Shown in pieces: positions 26,712 through 41,305 of a stretch of 64,000 nt of DNA; within the stretch, counting starts at the first letter, position 1; each line of letters opens with the position of its first letter. A model generated the notes under the pieces. That model saw nothing but the letters and a program-made list of their open reading frames with translations. It was not told the origin of the DNA and ran no database searches. Source of the stretch: Malacoraja senta (Eukaryota); assembly GCA_038087875.1 (NCBI GenBank), contig CM075997.1, forward strand, positions 6,884,001 through 6,948,000, written 5' to 3'. The translations under genes were made by a program, and so were the position numbers.

Positions 26712-27195
26712 GTCGCGGAGCGTCCAGCCGCGGGCGGCGCTGACTTAGCATCGCGGAGCCTGGGGTCTCTCGCCGAGATCGCTAGTGTCGGAGCTCCGAC
26801 CAGCGCGGCCTTTGGACATCGGGAGCCGCTGTCTCCGGGGAGGAAGCGGCCGTTCCAGAAACTCCAAGCCGCTGAAGAGTGTTCTCCCGACGCCGGAACT
26901 CCATCATCCGGCGTGAGGGCCTGAAACATCGGGCTCCCGCTGCGGCGACTGCGGAGGCCTCAAATAGGCCCCCACCTCGGGTAAACACAGAGGAAGAAGA
27001 CTGGACATTTTAGTGCCTTCGCTCTCAGTGTAAAATGATGATTCTACTGTGGAGGAACTTTTCATGTTAAATTATATTGTGTTGTGCCTTTTCTCTTTTT
27101 CTATTTGATACGGATGTAAGGAAACATAATTTATTCTATGTAAAGCACTTTGGTTTCAACTCGAGTTGGTTTAAATGTGCTATATAAATCAAATG
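26712..27195 (+). mobile_element. GC-rich non-autonomous retroelement with L2-type 3' tail
   Basis: Body similar to 63376-63680; tail GTAAAGCACTTTG...GTGCTATATAAAT running into (TTAC)n. Confidence 0.65.
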
Positions 27196-28504
<1,309 letters not shown>

Positions 28505-29479
28505 CGGGTGAGCCCGACCGCTGTCTACTTTGTCACTATTACGTTGCATTACTCTCTATGTGCTGTTTTTTCATGGCGTCTGTGAACGCCGTACGTGTGC
28601 AGCTAATTAGCCATATTAGTTCCCCACCAGATTGCATCATTTCCCCCAACTAACGAGCAGTGAGTATTTTGTTGTCTATCTCCCGTCTCACACACCTTGC
28701 ATCCTGTCGTTCACAATTATATTTCGTACAATTTATGCAGTGAAATAATCGCCACGGAAAGATTCCACCACTTTTATCCCTGCTCCGCTTTACAGATTAT
28801 TAGCTTGATTTGCCATTTGCATTAGGCATTGGCAGGCTAGGTGTTACTATAGGCGCTGAATGCAGATTGCGGCGCGCTCGAGCGTTTTAAGATATGCTAC
28901 CTCATCAGGTTGGTTCGGAGTGATTTAACCCATGCCTCCCTAGTCTCGGTCAATGCTCTAGTTAGAGCTTTCGCGTTCTGTCCATTCGCTCCACCCAATC
29001 TAGAACTCTTATTGAGGAAGGTGATGTAAAATCTCAGCTTCAAGCCTAACAAGGCACGCCTCCTTCATTACCTTTCTCGTGAACTGTGTTCCCTCGTCAG
29101 AGTATATCTGAAGGGGGACGAACCTACAAAGGTGTTAATTCGTCCTATAGGGAATTTCGCCATTGGCCTCTAGAGAGTGGGTGAAATAGTAAATCAATAT
29201 TAAACAGTATCATTAATTTGAACCTAGGGCAAGGGTACATTGAAATCTATCTGTATATGTTTGTCAGCAAGTAATAGTACACGCGCCTCATTTACACCTC
29301 CACTACCTGTTACTACCTTTTTAACTTCCCTGCTTCTAGAAGTCCCACTGTACTATGAGGGACATGTAAAACTACAGCCTCCTGCATTGGACTGGAATCT
29401 GAAACTTCAACTGCCCATGTCACACTGTCGCGTGCCAGGAAACATCACCGCAGCTCAGCTACCACTAGACTTTGCCTAG

Positions 29480-30340
29480 ACTAGAACTATTTCCAAACCA
29501 GGCTGTGATGCATCCTGGCCTTATGCTTTCAATGATACATCTGGAGATGTTTGTTGAGGTTTTGTCAGTCTCCTCCGGAAGTCGAGTGTGCCTTCTTGGT
29601 TGTCTGAACTGTGTGGTTCATCCAGGACACATCGGTGGTAATATTAACGCCAAACAACTTCAGCCCCAACTATTTTCACTTCCGCTCCACTAATCCTGAT
29701 TTACGCATGTACTCCACCTTGCTTCCAGGAATTAATAACGTGCCTCTTCGTCTTGATGATATTGAGGGAGAGGTTATTGTTCTGACAGTAAGTTCACTAT
29801 CTTTTTCTTGAACTCCGCCTCATCATTGTTCCTGATCCGGCCCATCACAGGGTTGTCGTCAGCAAACATGTTGACGAAATCAGAGAGAACAATGGAGAGT
29901 ATAAAGAGAGTATCGCAGGGGACCGAGAAATCATCCCTGCAGGGCGCCGGTGTTGAGAGTTATTATCGAGGAAATGTTGTCACCTATTGTCACTGACTCA
30001 TGTCCGTGGGCCATAGAGCCGGGGAAGCGGAGGCAGAGGGTGGAGCACATTCCTAGGACATGGACACAGCTACACACGGCCACACGCACAATGCCAAACT
30101 CAGGCCTCTTCAGACAATTAATTATCAAACTGATCCTGATATCAAGTTCATTTCCATACCTGAACACATTAGTCTTCAGTTCCCTCTTGCCCACAAGGAG
30201 CTTCGCTTGTATGTATTTTACAAATGGACATCATCATTTTCTGGGTGAGTGGATATACCCTATTCAGATATATCTAAGAGAGTAAGTTATGTCTCATCTC
30301 AGTCACTCCAAGGTGAATTTATATTCTGATCTTCTGATCC
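29480..30340 (-). repeat. Segment A: old Rex-like RT fragment plus flank, inverted copy of 33340-34230
   Basis: Reverse complement of 30260-30340 matches 33340-33417; TIGDNISSIITLNTGALQG motif. Confidence 0.75.
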
Positions 30341-32229
30341 TAACGTAATCATCCATATACCCATTGATTATTGTTTTGAAGGTCTATCCTGTCAGGGCCT
30401 TGCAAAGTCCCACAAACCAATGTCAATACATTCCTTTGTTAGTCTTAGCAACTGTACACAGTAGAGGATCAGATTAATTGGTCGTCTCACAGCCACTTTA
30501 TGCGAGGGATAAATCTCAACTTCTCACTCTACACCGCTTCAAAGGTAAGTATCACCTTCATTAAAAGAGAGAGAGAGCCAGGGCATAATATTCTGTGGAC
30601 CAAGTGCTAGTAAATTTGATTCGGTAATTGCACAGCATAGACACAGAGATTTCCTGGCTCTGTTTATATGCTGTGTGTCTCTGACTTGGTCCGATCTCTG
30701 CACGTTGCTCCACATGTGGTATCACCGTCAGTAGTTATAGCAGGACTTTACTGCCATTTCATTGTGTGTCCCAACTGTAGGGAGTGGTGAGGATTTTATT
30801 CCCTGGAGCGAAGGAAGCTGAGGGGTGATGATATCAAGAAGGTGTGTAAAACCATGAGACGAATAAATAGGATGAATGCAGCCTTTTACTGCATCCAGGA
30901 TGCAGAATCAAAAATCAGATATCATAGATTTAAGGCGAGAGGGCAAAATTAACAAGGAACCTTAAGGGAATAGTTGACACAAAGATGGTGCTGGGTATAA
31001 GGGACAAACTTAGGTAAGATAATTTACTTCTGATATTACATATGAGTTTTCTGATTCTTCTGATTATATTATGTTTTATGTTGAATTGCAAGTGCCCGGC
31101 AATTAGAACGGTCCATGATACGGTGTCTGGTGTTTGACTGTGTTCTTCCAGCCGTGCCCACTCGTCACTTTGTCTTCGCATTTGTTCAACAGTTCATTTG
31201 TAGTTAACCGCCATTCAATACCTTCTCTTGTATAATCAATACTGTTTCCGTTACATGGACATACTCATAGCAATCGTAGTACGAACATCCCGCTCTGTTC
31301 ATGGTTGTTACTTATATCAGATCATTAAATTATATACGGTGAGGCTGGTCTATTATTGTCACATGTTCCTAGGTACTGTGGAAAGCGTGGCTTTGCACGC
31401 TATCTATTCAGTTCAGGTATGCCATATATCGATACAATCAATTAAAATCCTGTATTTGGAGCGTGGAGGAAGATGCAGAATGCAGAGTATAGTCCATTAT
31501 ATAGCATATCATGCTGAATATTGTTGGTTATTTCCATCAAACCCTGAATTATCCGTGTATTTATGAGAATGAATAACCTTAGTTCAAGTCACATTGCATA
31601 ATTCAGTTCTCCTTCTAAATGGACAAGTGCAGCTGGAGAATTCGAGTTCTGGAAAAACACAAAACAAAGAATGTGTGTAAAAATAGTATTTAAATGTGCA
31701 TGTGTATATCTGGAACAATGGAACAACAAGCGATCAAACATCCCTGTAGGATCGCGATGTGGTAAACAATTGAGATGAGAGGCGTTTTAGGTTTGAGCTT
31801 CAGGTATAAGTGTGTTATTGTTACATGATTACATGTAAAAAGCGGTGTTTTAAATGCTATCCAGACACATTAGATATACCTTTTATAGACAGTGTCAGTT
31901 CAAACTCGAGGACATCGGGTGGTGGGGATATGGATTCATATAGAGAATGAGATACCAGAGGAGGTAGTTGAGGAAGTAAGTGTCACCACCTTTCAAGGAC
32001 AGGTAGATTGATTGGTGGAAAGGAAAGATTTGGGGTTATGTTGGTGAAAGATGGGTTGGAGTGATTAGTGTAGACGGGGCACATCGGTCGGCAGCCGGTT
32101 CGAAAGGTCTGTTCCCGTGTTCTCTGACAATATATAGAGCAATGTGGAAGATACAGAGTGCAACATATAGTTCGCAGCATTGAAGCGTGTTGTAGTGCAT
32201 CTGTTACTTGGAGGAACTGACAGGGATGA

Positions 32230-33080
32230 ACAAGTCTTTGCTTACGTTGGTTGTTTTCTTTCCGAGGCAGCGTGAAGTGTAGATGGAGTCAATGGTGGGA
32301 CGTCTGGTCTGTGTGATGGATTGGGCTATATATATAACTGCAATTTCTCGTGGTCTTGGCAGACCTGTTACCATTCCAATCTGTGGTGCAACCTGACCAT
32401 ATGCTTTCCACGATATATCCCGAGAAGCTTGTCAGTCACTGATGACAATTCATATTTCCTCAGACTCCTCCTGAAGTAGAGGCGGTGATGTGCCTTTTTG
32501 GAAGTCGCATCAATGTGATTACCCCGCGACAGATCGTTGGTAATGTAACACCATGCAACTTGAGCTCTCAACCATTTTTTATTCCATATCATTGATGCAG
32601 ATGTGGGATGTACTTCACCATGCTTCATGAGGTCAATAACTACCTCCTTCAACTTGCTGACAATGAAAGAGGGGTTATTGTCCTAACACCATGTCACTAT
32701 GTTCACTATCTTCGTCTTCTACCCCGTCTCCACGTTGCACATTATTTGACCCATCCCATTTGTATCATCTGCAAACTCGTAGATACAATAAGAGCCGGGT
32801 TTGGCCGCACTGTCTCCAGTGTAAATGAGGTATAGTAGCGGACTGAAAACCAATGCTTGCAGTGCTCTGGTGTTATTCTGGAGGAGGTGTCACCTATAAT
32901 CACCGACTGAGGACTGTTAGTGCTGAAATCGAACATTCAGTGGAAGAGGGGAAAAGATAGCTTGGTCCCGGAGTTTGGCGAAGCCATCGTTTTGAGCATA
33001 CATGTACACATTGCTAAATGCATATAGTAATGTTCAAGTCTGTTTTTACTTTCAATATTATCTACTTTCTGACTTTGGCA
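32230..33080 (-). repeat. Segment B: old Rex-like RT fragment plus flank, inverted copy of 36820-37670
   Basis: KEVVID, HIDATSKKAHHRLYF motifs; flank 32940-33080 also matches the reverse complement of 36820-36955. Confidence 0.72.
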
Positions 33081-33325
33081 CCAGTAGTGGCCGCCTCGCC
33101 AACAGTCTGTCTGCCCTTTCTTCTTCTTTTTGTTATTTTTAATGTGTTAAAAGTATGTTTTAGAGTTCCTTGGTTTGTTTTATGTGGGGTTGTTGGGGGC
33201 GAGAGGGTGGTGGGGGGGGGGGGGTTTGGGGGAAACTTTTGTTTCAATATCTTACTTCGTATCTCCGTCCGCACTGTGCTCTAACATCGTGGAGCTGGCG
33301 GCCTTTCCATGAGACCGATCCGGAT
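33080..33325 (+). mobile_element. 5' portion of a GC/T-rich non-autonomous repeat related to 62975-63829
   Basis: Same order of TGGC(C/T)GCC, T-rich tract, G-run and GGAAACTTTT. Confidence 0.45.
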
Positions 33326-33339
33326 ATACGATACGTTCG

Positions 33340-34560
33340 GATCAGAAGATCAGAATATGAATTCACCTTGGAGTGACTGAGATGAGATGTAATTTACTCT
33401 ATCTGATATATCTGAATCTCGAGTACCCTCCACCCTAGAGAACAGAGATGGCCGTTTATGAAATACAATCAGGATTGGAAGTTCCTTGTGGACAAGAAAG
33501 AACTGAATAATAATATGACCTGGTATGGAAATAAACGTGATACCAGGATCAGTTTAGTCATTGTGATATTAAAAGTGTGAACAGGCCTGAGCTTGGCATT
33601 GTGCGTGTGACCGTGAGTAACTGTATGTGTTGGGGGATATCTCCAAACTCCAGGACCGAGGAATATTCTTCACCCTCTGCCACTGATTCCACGGCGCCAT
33701 GGCCCACGGACCCCAGTCAGTGATGATCGGTGACAACAGCTCCTCCATTATAACTCACAACTTCTGCGCCCTACAAGGATGATTTCTCGGTCCCCTCCGA
33801 TACTCTCTTTACACTCTCCACTGTTCCCTCTGAGTACGTCACTGTCGACACCACTGTGATGGAACCGGCTCAGGAACAACGATGATGCGGAGTTCAGGAA
33901 AGAGATAGTGGACTTACTGACATTGTGTCAGAACAATAACCTCTCCCTCAATGTCATCAAGACAAATGGGATAGTTATTAAATTCTGCAGGCAAGGCGGA
34001 GTACATGCATAAATCAGGATCAATGGTGCGGAAGTGGAAATAGTTTAGCTTCAAGTTGCTTGTGATATTGCCACCAATGTGACCTGGATCAACCGCACAG
34101 ATCACATAGACAAGAAGGCTCACTCGTCTTCCCGAGGAGACTCGCGCATCATCCAGAAACCTCTACAGATGCACCATAGAAAGCATACGACGTGGATGCA
34201 TCGCTGCTTGGTTTGGGAATAGTTCTGCCCACTACGGCGAGAAATTGCAGAGATGTTTTCGATGTAGCACCGTCCATCACACAGACCAGACTTCCCACCA
34301 TTGACTCCATCTGCACCACGATGCCTCGCAAAAGCAGCCGACAAAAACCTGAAAGCGTGTACCATCACACTTATGAATAGCCTATTCCCTTCCAATGTCA
34401 GCTTTGTGAACAATCCTTTCACAACCAAGGGCATTGTCCGATTTACATATAGCCCATTGCAGATATTGAACTTTGTCTGTGGAACACTTGCGCTACAATC
34501 ATTTTTATTATATGTTATTACATACTTGGCTAAAAAAATGATTACAATTAAATTACAAAC
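33340..34560 (+). repeat. Segment A, second copy, with old Rex-like 3' end
   Basis: See 29480-30340. Confidence 0.7.
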
Positions 34561-36156
34561 AAAATTAACAATTAATGCAACCGTTCACTACATTCTACAC
34601 AGTACATTCCTCTGTAGTTTCTCTATCGTAGTTAGGTTTCAACTAATAGTATATCTGCATGGAATATCTGATCTGTTTGTATGCCGTTAATTATTACATT
34701 GTACCTCCTTATATGTGCCAATTGTAAATCTAAACATAAATTCTTAGCCCTTCGTCCCAACTGGTCCACACCGGCCATCATGTCCCATCTACACTAGTCC
34801 CACCTGCCTTCGTTAGTCCCATAATCCTCCAAACCTGTCCTATCCGTGTACCCGTCCATTGTATGTGTTTGTACAGAGCTAGATTTCTCCGACGGTACAT
34901 ATCCAGTTCCACGGAGAACGGAATTATACAATGCGGCTTATGCAAACGTTATTCATTCTTACAAATACACGGACAACTCAAGGTTTGAAGGGAATGAAGA
35001 ACAATATTCAAAATGCTATTCTAAAGTATCTAGTGTTATGAATGGATGACCTTATCAAAGTTCCGATGTAGGTGAAGCAAATTGACGATGTTGTACCGTT
35101 TCACAAAATACAAGTCGGCAAATAATGGACAAGCACGCAAACACTAGTGTTGCACAGCACTCTGCATTAGAGTGTAAACTGGCTCGGCAACGCTCCTGAA
35201 CATTGTTACAGAATCAGTTCCTGACGAACATTGATTGCTCAACACAAATGACCAAAGTTGCTCACCTATTTATCTCATTTTTACTGTCGAGATGGTAGCT
35301 ATATTTCCAAACGCAATGACTGTAGATATAGCAGCTTCAACTCAACATATCTCAACTAGCTCATCTGATAGCTCGTTCCATACAGGTATAGCCGCCCGAG
35401 TGTAACGTCTTCCCGTGATTTCCTTGTAAATCTTGCCCCTCTCACCATATACCTCTGCGTTTTGATTGTCCGTCTTGGGTAAAACACAGCGCATTCACCC
35501 AATCTATTCCGGATACACTTTTATGAGCTCCAATCGGCTACCTGCGCTCCAAGGAATAAAGTCCTCATCGCTCCCTATAGCTCGGCCCATACAAAGAAAG
35601 TGTAGAGAAACACTTCTCTAACTACTGCCGGTGATACCACAAATGGAGAAACGTGCATACACTGGACCGCGGGCCATAGAGTCACGCAGCAGAGGTACAG
35701 ACCAAGTAACACTCTGTATATGCTTTCCATTTGCTAAATCCATTTACTGGCGCCTGATCAGCAGAATATTGTACCTTTTCACAAAATATTTTAATGAAGG
35801 CTGTCCTTAATTTGAAAACGGTGTAGAGATGAAGTTGAGATTTATCCCTTGGATGTAGGAGCGGCCAAAAGCACATCAATTGATCTGATTATTTACGCTG
35901 CGCAGTTTGGAAGAAGGTCAAGTGAATTTCTTGACACTGTAAATGTAGGATTCTGCGAGGGTATGTCGGCATTACACAACCGATGCGTAGGTGATGACGT
36001 TAGGATACAAGTTTCAGAGTAGGTATTTCCCAAGGAGTGCCTTGAGATGAGAAGGAAATCATGCTCGCAAACATATCTGATACTCCAGTACCCTTTACCC
36101 CAGAAAATGAATGTTGACATTTGTTAGGTACAAACAGGACTGGAGCAAATGTGTTT

Positions 36157-36555
36157 AGAAACATAGAAAAGAGGTGCAGGAGTTGGCCATTCCATCCAGC
36201 ACCGCCATTCAATATGATCATGGCTGATCATCCTGAATCAGTACCCCGTTCCTAATTTATCCCCATATCGCTTGATCCCGTTAGACCTAAGAACTATATC
36301 CAACTCTCTCTTGAATAGATCCTGTGAATGGGCAGAGAATTCCACAGATTCACAACTCTCCGGGTGAGTTTTTTCTACATCTAAGTCATAAATGGCCTAC
36401 CCCTTATTGTTAAACTATGACCCCTGGTTCTGGATTCCGCCAAAATTCGGAACCTTTTTCCAGAAACCAACCTGACCAATCGTTTAATAATTTTATACGT
36501 TTCCGTCAGATACCCTCTCATCCTTCAAAATTCCAGTCAATATAAGTCCAGTCGG
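36157..36555 (-). mobile_element. CR1 3' end
   Basis: TAGAAACATAGAAA tail; matches the reverse complement of the CR1 ends at 57130-57426. Confidence 0.8.
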
Positions 36556-36664
36556 AGACAATGGGGAAATGGCAATTTGTAGACAATAGGGAAGTGAACA
36601 CTAATCTGTTAACTTTTGTATAAAAATGGAAGTAAGAGTCACTGGATTAAGACTGGATTAAGAT

Positions 36665-36800
36665 TCAGTCTGAAGAAGGGTCTCGACCCGAAACGTCACC
36701 CATTCCTTCTCTCCAGAGGTGTTGCCTGTCCCGCTGAGATACTCCAGCATTTTGTGTCTACTGTAGATTTAAATCAGCATCTGCCGTTCGTTCCCAAACA
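36665..36800 (+). repeat. Penelope-like terminal repeat with hammerhead core motif
   Basis: CTGAAGA-A-GGGT-CTCG-ACCC-GAAAC at 36670-36694. Confidence 0.7.
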
Positions 36801-36819
36801 TCTTTTTGGTTAATATGAG

Positions 36820-37670
36820 TCCTAGGTCAGTTGGTGAATAATATTGATAGTAGGATCAGTCTCGAGCTTTACAGGTTGCGTTAACAGTGTGTCTATTATA
36901 TCCAAGCTCCGGGTGCGAGGTATCTTCTCCCACTCCACCATTGAATGCTCGGTTTTCGCTCCAACAGTCCCCAGTCAGTGAGGTTAGGTGACACCTCCTC
37001 CAGAATAATACCGGAGTCCGGCAATGATTCGTTTTCAGTCCGCTACGATACCCCATCTACAGTCGGCAACGTGCGGCCAAACGGGACTCTCATTGTATCT
37101 ACGAGTTTGCAGATTATACCATTGTGATGGATGACAAATGTACAACGAGGAGACGGAGTAGAAGATGAAGATAGTGAACTTAGTGACACGGTGTCAAGAT
37201 AATAACCTCTCTTTCAATGAGGTCAACGTGTAGGAGGTAGTCATTGACTTTCGGAAGCATGGTAACAGAACAGGCCCAAATCTGCATCAATGCTATGGAA
37301 TTGAAAATTGCAGAGAGTTCAAGTTGCATGACGATATTCTCACCAATGATCTGGCGCGGGACAATCCCATTGATGCGACATCCAACAAGACACTTCGACG
37401 ACTCTCCTTCTGGAGCAGACTGATGAAATGTGGCATGTCTCTAGTGACTCCTGCAAACTTCTCGGTATGTACCGTCGAAAGCATATTATCGGATTGTACC
37501 ACAGTTTGGATTGGGAACGGGTCTGCCAAAACCGTGAGAAATGGCACATTTGTAAATGTAGCCTAATCCATCACATGGATCAGACGTCCCTCAGTTGATT
37601 CTATCTACACTTCACGCTGCCTCGGAAAGAAACAACAATGTAACCAACGGCTTGTCCAGACCGGTCAGTT
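36820..37670 (+). repeat. Segment B, second copy
   Basis: See 32230-33080. Confidence 0.72.
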
Positions 37671-37674
37671 CCAG

Positions 37675-39741
37675 TCAAGTCAAGTCAAGTCGTTAACTTT
37701 ATTTGTCACATATACGTACAAGATGTGCAGTGAAATGAAAGTGGCAATTCCTGCGGATTATGCAAAAACAACAAAACAACAGAACAGAATAGAACAGAAT
37801 CAGTATTTACATTTTAGAAAAACAGACACAACAGTAAATTAGTCCGTGGTGAGATAAGAGTTTAGCCTGTGGGAAGAAACTCCGACTCATCCTCTGTGTT
37901 TTCACAGCGTGACAGCGGAGGCGCTTGCCTGACCGTAGCAGCTGGAACAGTCCGTTGCTGGTGTGGTAGGGGTCCTTCATTATGTTGCTGGCTCAGGATC
38001 TGCGCCTCCTGGTGTATAAGTCCTGCAAGGGGGGCGAGTGTAGTTCCCATAGTGCTTTCGGCTGAACGCACTGCTCTCTGCAGAGCCTTGCTGTCCTGGG
38101 CAGAGCTGTTCCCAAACCAGATTGTGATGTTACCGGACAAGATGCTTTCCACAGCCCCAGATTAGAAGCACTGGAGGATCCTCAGAGAGACTCTGAATTT
38201 CCTCAGCTGCCTGAGGTTGTAAAGGCGCTGCCTTGCCTTACTAACGGCAGTGTGTGTAGTCCATGTCAGATCCTCTGTGATGTGGACTCCCAGGTATTGA
38301 AAGCTGCTCACCCTTTCCACAGTGGTCCCATTTATCTCCAGTGGCGTGTACGTCCTCGGATGTTGAGCACTTCTAAAGTCCACAATCAGCCCCTTAGTTT
38401 TAGTGACATTCAAGAGGAGACTGTTGTTCTGACACCAGAGTGGCAGGGCAGCCATCTCCTCTCGGTAGGCCTTCTCGTCGTTATCGGAGATCAGGCCCAC
38501 CACCACAGCGTCACCAGCAAACTTGATGTTGGAGTTGGAGCTGAACCTGGCCACACAGGGCTGTGTGTACAGGGATTTCAGTACGGGGCTAAGCACGCAA
38601 CCCTGGGGAGAACCTGTGTTCGGCGTGAGGGGGTTGGAGGTATGTCTCCCCATCTTGACCACCTGGGGCATGGCGGTTAGAAAGTACAGGACCCAGGCAA
38701 ACAGGGGTGTGTTCAGTCCCAGTTCCAGCAGCTTCTCCGCAAGTCTTATGTCCCGCTGGAATCTGATCCTCGCCCTGAGGTCATCCAACAAGCTCTCCAG
38801 GGACTGGACGTGAGCCAGTAAAATGCTGGGCAGAGGTGGACGGAAGGCTTGAGCTCTCAGCCTATTCCGAATCCTCCCACACCGCTTACCACGATGTTTT
38901 CCCCGACTTTTTTTCACATTGTTGTTGCCACGGCGCGCTTGCGAGCTCTGCCGTATTTTGAAACGCGTTGAAAAAAATCTATACAAAATCTCCGCTCTCC
39001 TCGAGACAGTGTGGGCGGGACTGATGGTCGAGGGCGCCGATTGGACGAGAGATATGTCGGTCAGCAGGTAGTTAGGGGGACCATGATGATTCAGCGCGAT
39101 GATTGGAGGAGTGAGTCAGTCAGAGGTAGGGGGTTGGACTGAGGATAGAGCGCGGTGAATGGAGGAGGGTGACATCCTGGTGGCTCAAAGATCATATGCG
39201 GAGCTTGAATCGGCTTGTTCGTGGGGCCTTTCATCGCCCGGCCCGGATTAAAATCAATCTGCTGAATCGAGGCATTTTTTGGCTCCGGAAGTTGAAGCCA
39301 CCGCCGGCAGATTTTAAACCGCGCCGGGAGATGAAAGGCCCCCGCGAACGGGACGATAGAAGCCCCACGATTCGGGGCGGACGAAGCTGCTGTTGCTGGA
39401 GTTCGGAGTCGGTCACCAACCAGGTCAGTTACCGATGTTACCGTCCACAGGTCCCACGGCTGTAGCCTCCGAAGCCTCGCGCTTGTGTGTTGGTGTGTGT
39501 GTTTGGCGCACTTGCGCGTGCGGCGCCAACAAATTGCGTCCCCCTATGTTTTGATAGCGATTTCCGCCCCTGCCCTGGGTCACGCTAAAGTTTAGTTTTA
39601 AGAGTGTTTTCCGGTCGTACATTGTTAGTGCTAATGTGTTAGTAATAAGAAATAAATGTAAAATGAACATACTAGTTAAATTAACGCACAATCTCCGCGG
39701 AGCTACCACGACGGCGACTGGACCCGGCCGCGCCATCTTGC
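37675..39741 (-). mobile_element. Rex1-like LINE with 5' end, large internal deletion and an unclassified insertion (~38930-39560)
   Basis: 5' start CAAGATGGCG at 39741; RPPLPSILLAHVQSL..RFQRDIR joined to [25 protein letters not shown]; (TTGAC)n tail 37675-37691. Confidence 0.8.
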
Positions 39742-40301
39742 ACCAGGATAGGTTTCAAGATAGGATAGGTTTCACATAGGATAGGTTTTGAGGGATACGT
39801 GCCAAGCGCGGACAGTTGGTAATAGTGCAGATGGAGGATGTTGGTTGGAGAGGGCAAGTTGGGCCGAAGAGCCTGTTTCCCCGCTGTATGACTCTATGCC
39901 ATTGATTATTAACCAACTGCTTATCAACAAACACACTTCACCTGCATCCACCCATGTCTCATCACACTTTGTCCTGCCCCTCTCTCAAACGTTCTCACAC
40001 CTCCCTATACAATCAGTTTGCAGAAGGGTCCCAAACCAAAACGCCACATATCCATGTTCCCCAGAGATGCTGTCTGACCCGCTACGTTACTCCAGCATTG
40101 TTTTTGTCTTTTTTATTGAACCAGCATCTGAAGTTCTTGGTATCTCCTGGTTACTGTTATAGTTTGATGGGACGTCGCTCGATATGTTTGCATCAGACAG
40201 ATTCTCTGTGCACATTTTCAGAATACATTCTGCATCAATTTCATTCCAATAAAGATAGTTATCTCTAATGAGGGTGTATTTTACAATTGCTACAAATTGA
40301 C

Positions 40302-40400
40302 ACCGGTTCGATCCACTCTTCGGGTGCTGACAATGTGGAGTTTGCATGTTCTGTCCGTGACTGAGTGTGTTTCCTCGGTGTGCTCCGATTCCCCACTAGA
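40302..40400 (+). mobile_element. V-SINE (HE1-like) fragment
   Basis: B-box GGTTCGATCC followed by the V-domain-like TGTGGAGTTTGCATGTTCT...TTTCCTCGGTGTGCTCCG. Confidence 0.7.
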
Positions 40401-40460
40401 CAGAGGGTGGTGGGTAGATGCAATGAGCTGCCGTAGGTGGGAGTTGAGCCACGTACCATA

Positions 40461-40700
40461 GGGTAGTTTACACCCGCTATGAACATTGACTTCTCCAATT
40501 TCAGGCTTTCTCCCTCATTCCCCTCCCATTTCCAGCGTTCCCACAGCCCACTGTTACCGCCTCTCCTATTCTTCTTACCGCCCCCCACCTCCTACCCCCA
40601 CATCAGTCTGAAGAAGGGTCTCGACCCGAAACGTTGCCTTTTTCCTTCGCTCCATCGATGCTGCCTCACCCGCTGAGTTTCTCCAGCATTTTTGTATACC
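40461..40700 (+). mobile_element. Penelope-like element 3' end (ORF C-terminus and hammerhead motif)
   Basis: GSLHP..MNIDFSNFR terminus; CTGAAGAAGGGTCTCGACCCGAAAC at 40608-40632. Confidence 0.7.
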
Positions 40701-41045
40701 ATAACAACAGTTGAAGTACATTTGGACAAGTATATGGACAGGAGGGTGTTAGAGGGATATGGGCCAAACACGGGCAGGTGGGTCTAGTGTACATGGGGCA
40801 TCTTCGTCAGAATGGGCAAGTTGGGCCGAAGGGTATATTTCCGTGCTGTATGATTCTATGCATGGTTCACTACAAGTGGTCAGTCAGGTGAAGATGACTT
40901 GGGCAAGCAGTTACAAGCCTCATTAAGGATGCCACTGAGTTTGAAAGGGTGCAAATGAGATTCACCAGGAATGTTACCAGAGTCTATAGAACATTAGAAA
41001 AATGGCAGACTTGATATGGGGAGAGGTTGGATAATCTGGGTTCGT

Positions 41046-41066
41046 TCTCTCTCTCTCTCTCTCTCT

Positions 41067-41142
<76 letters not shown>

Positions 41143-41144
41143 CG

Positions 41145-41188
<44 letters not shown>

Positions 41189-41305
41189 CTCTGACTACGT
41201 CTCTCTCTGTCTCTGCCTCTCTCTGCTGTCTCTGTCTCTGTCTCTGTCTCTCTCTCTGTCTCTGCCCCCCTGTCTCTCTCTGTCTCCCTCTCTCTCTCTC
41301 TCTTT
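41046..41305. repeat. (CT)n microsatellite
   Basis: Direct observation. Confidence 0.95.
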
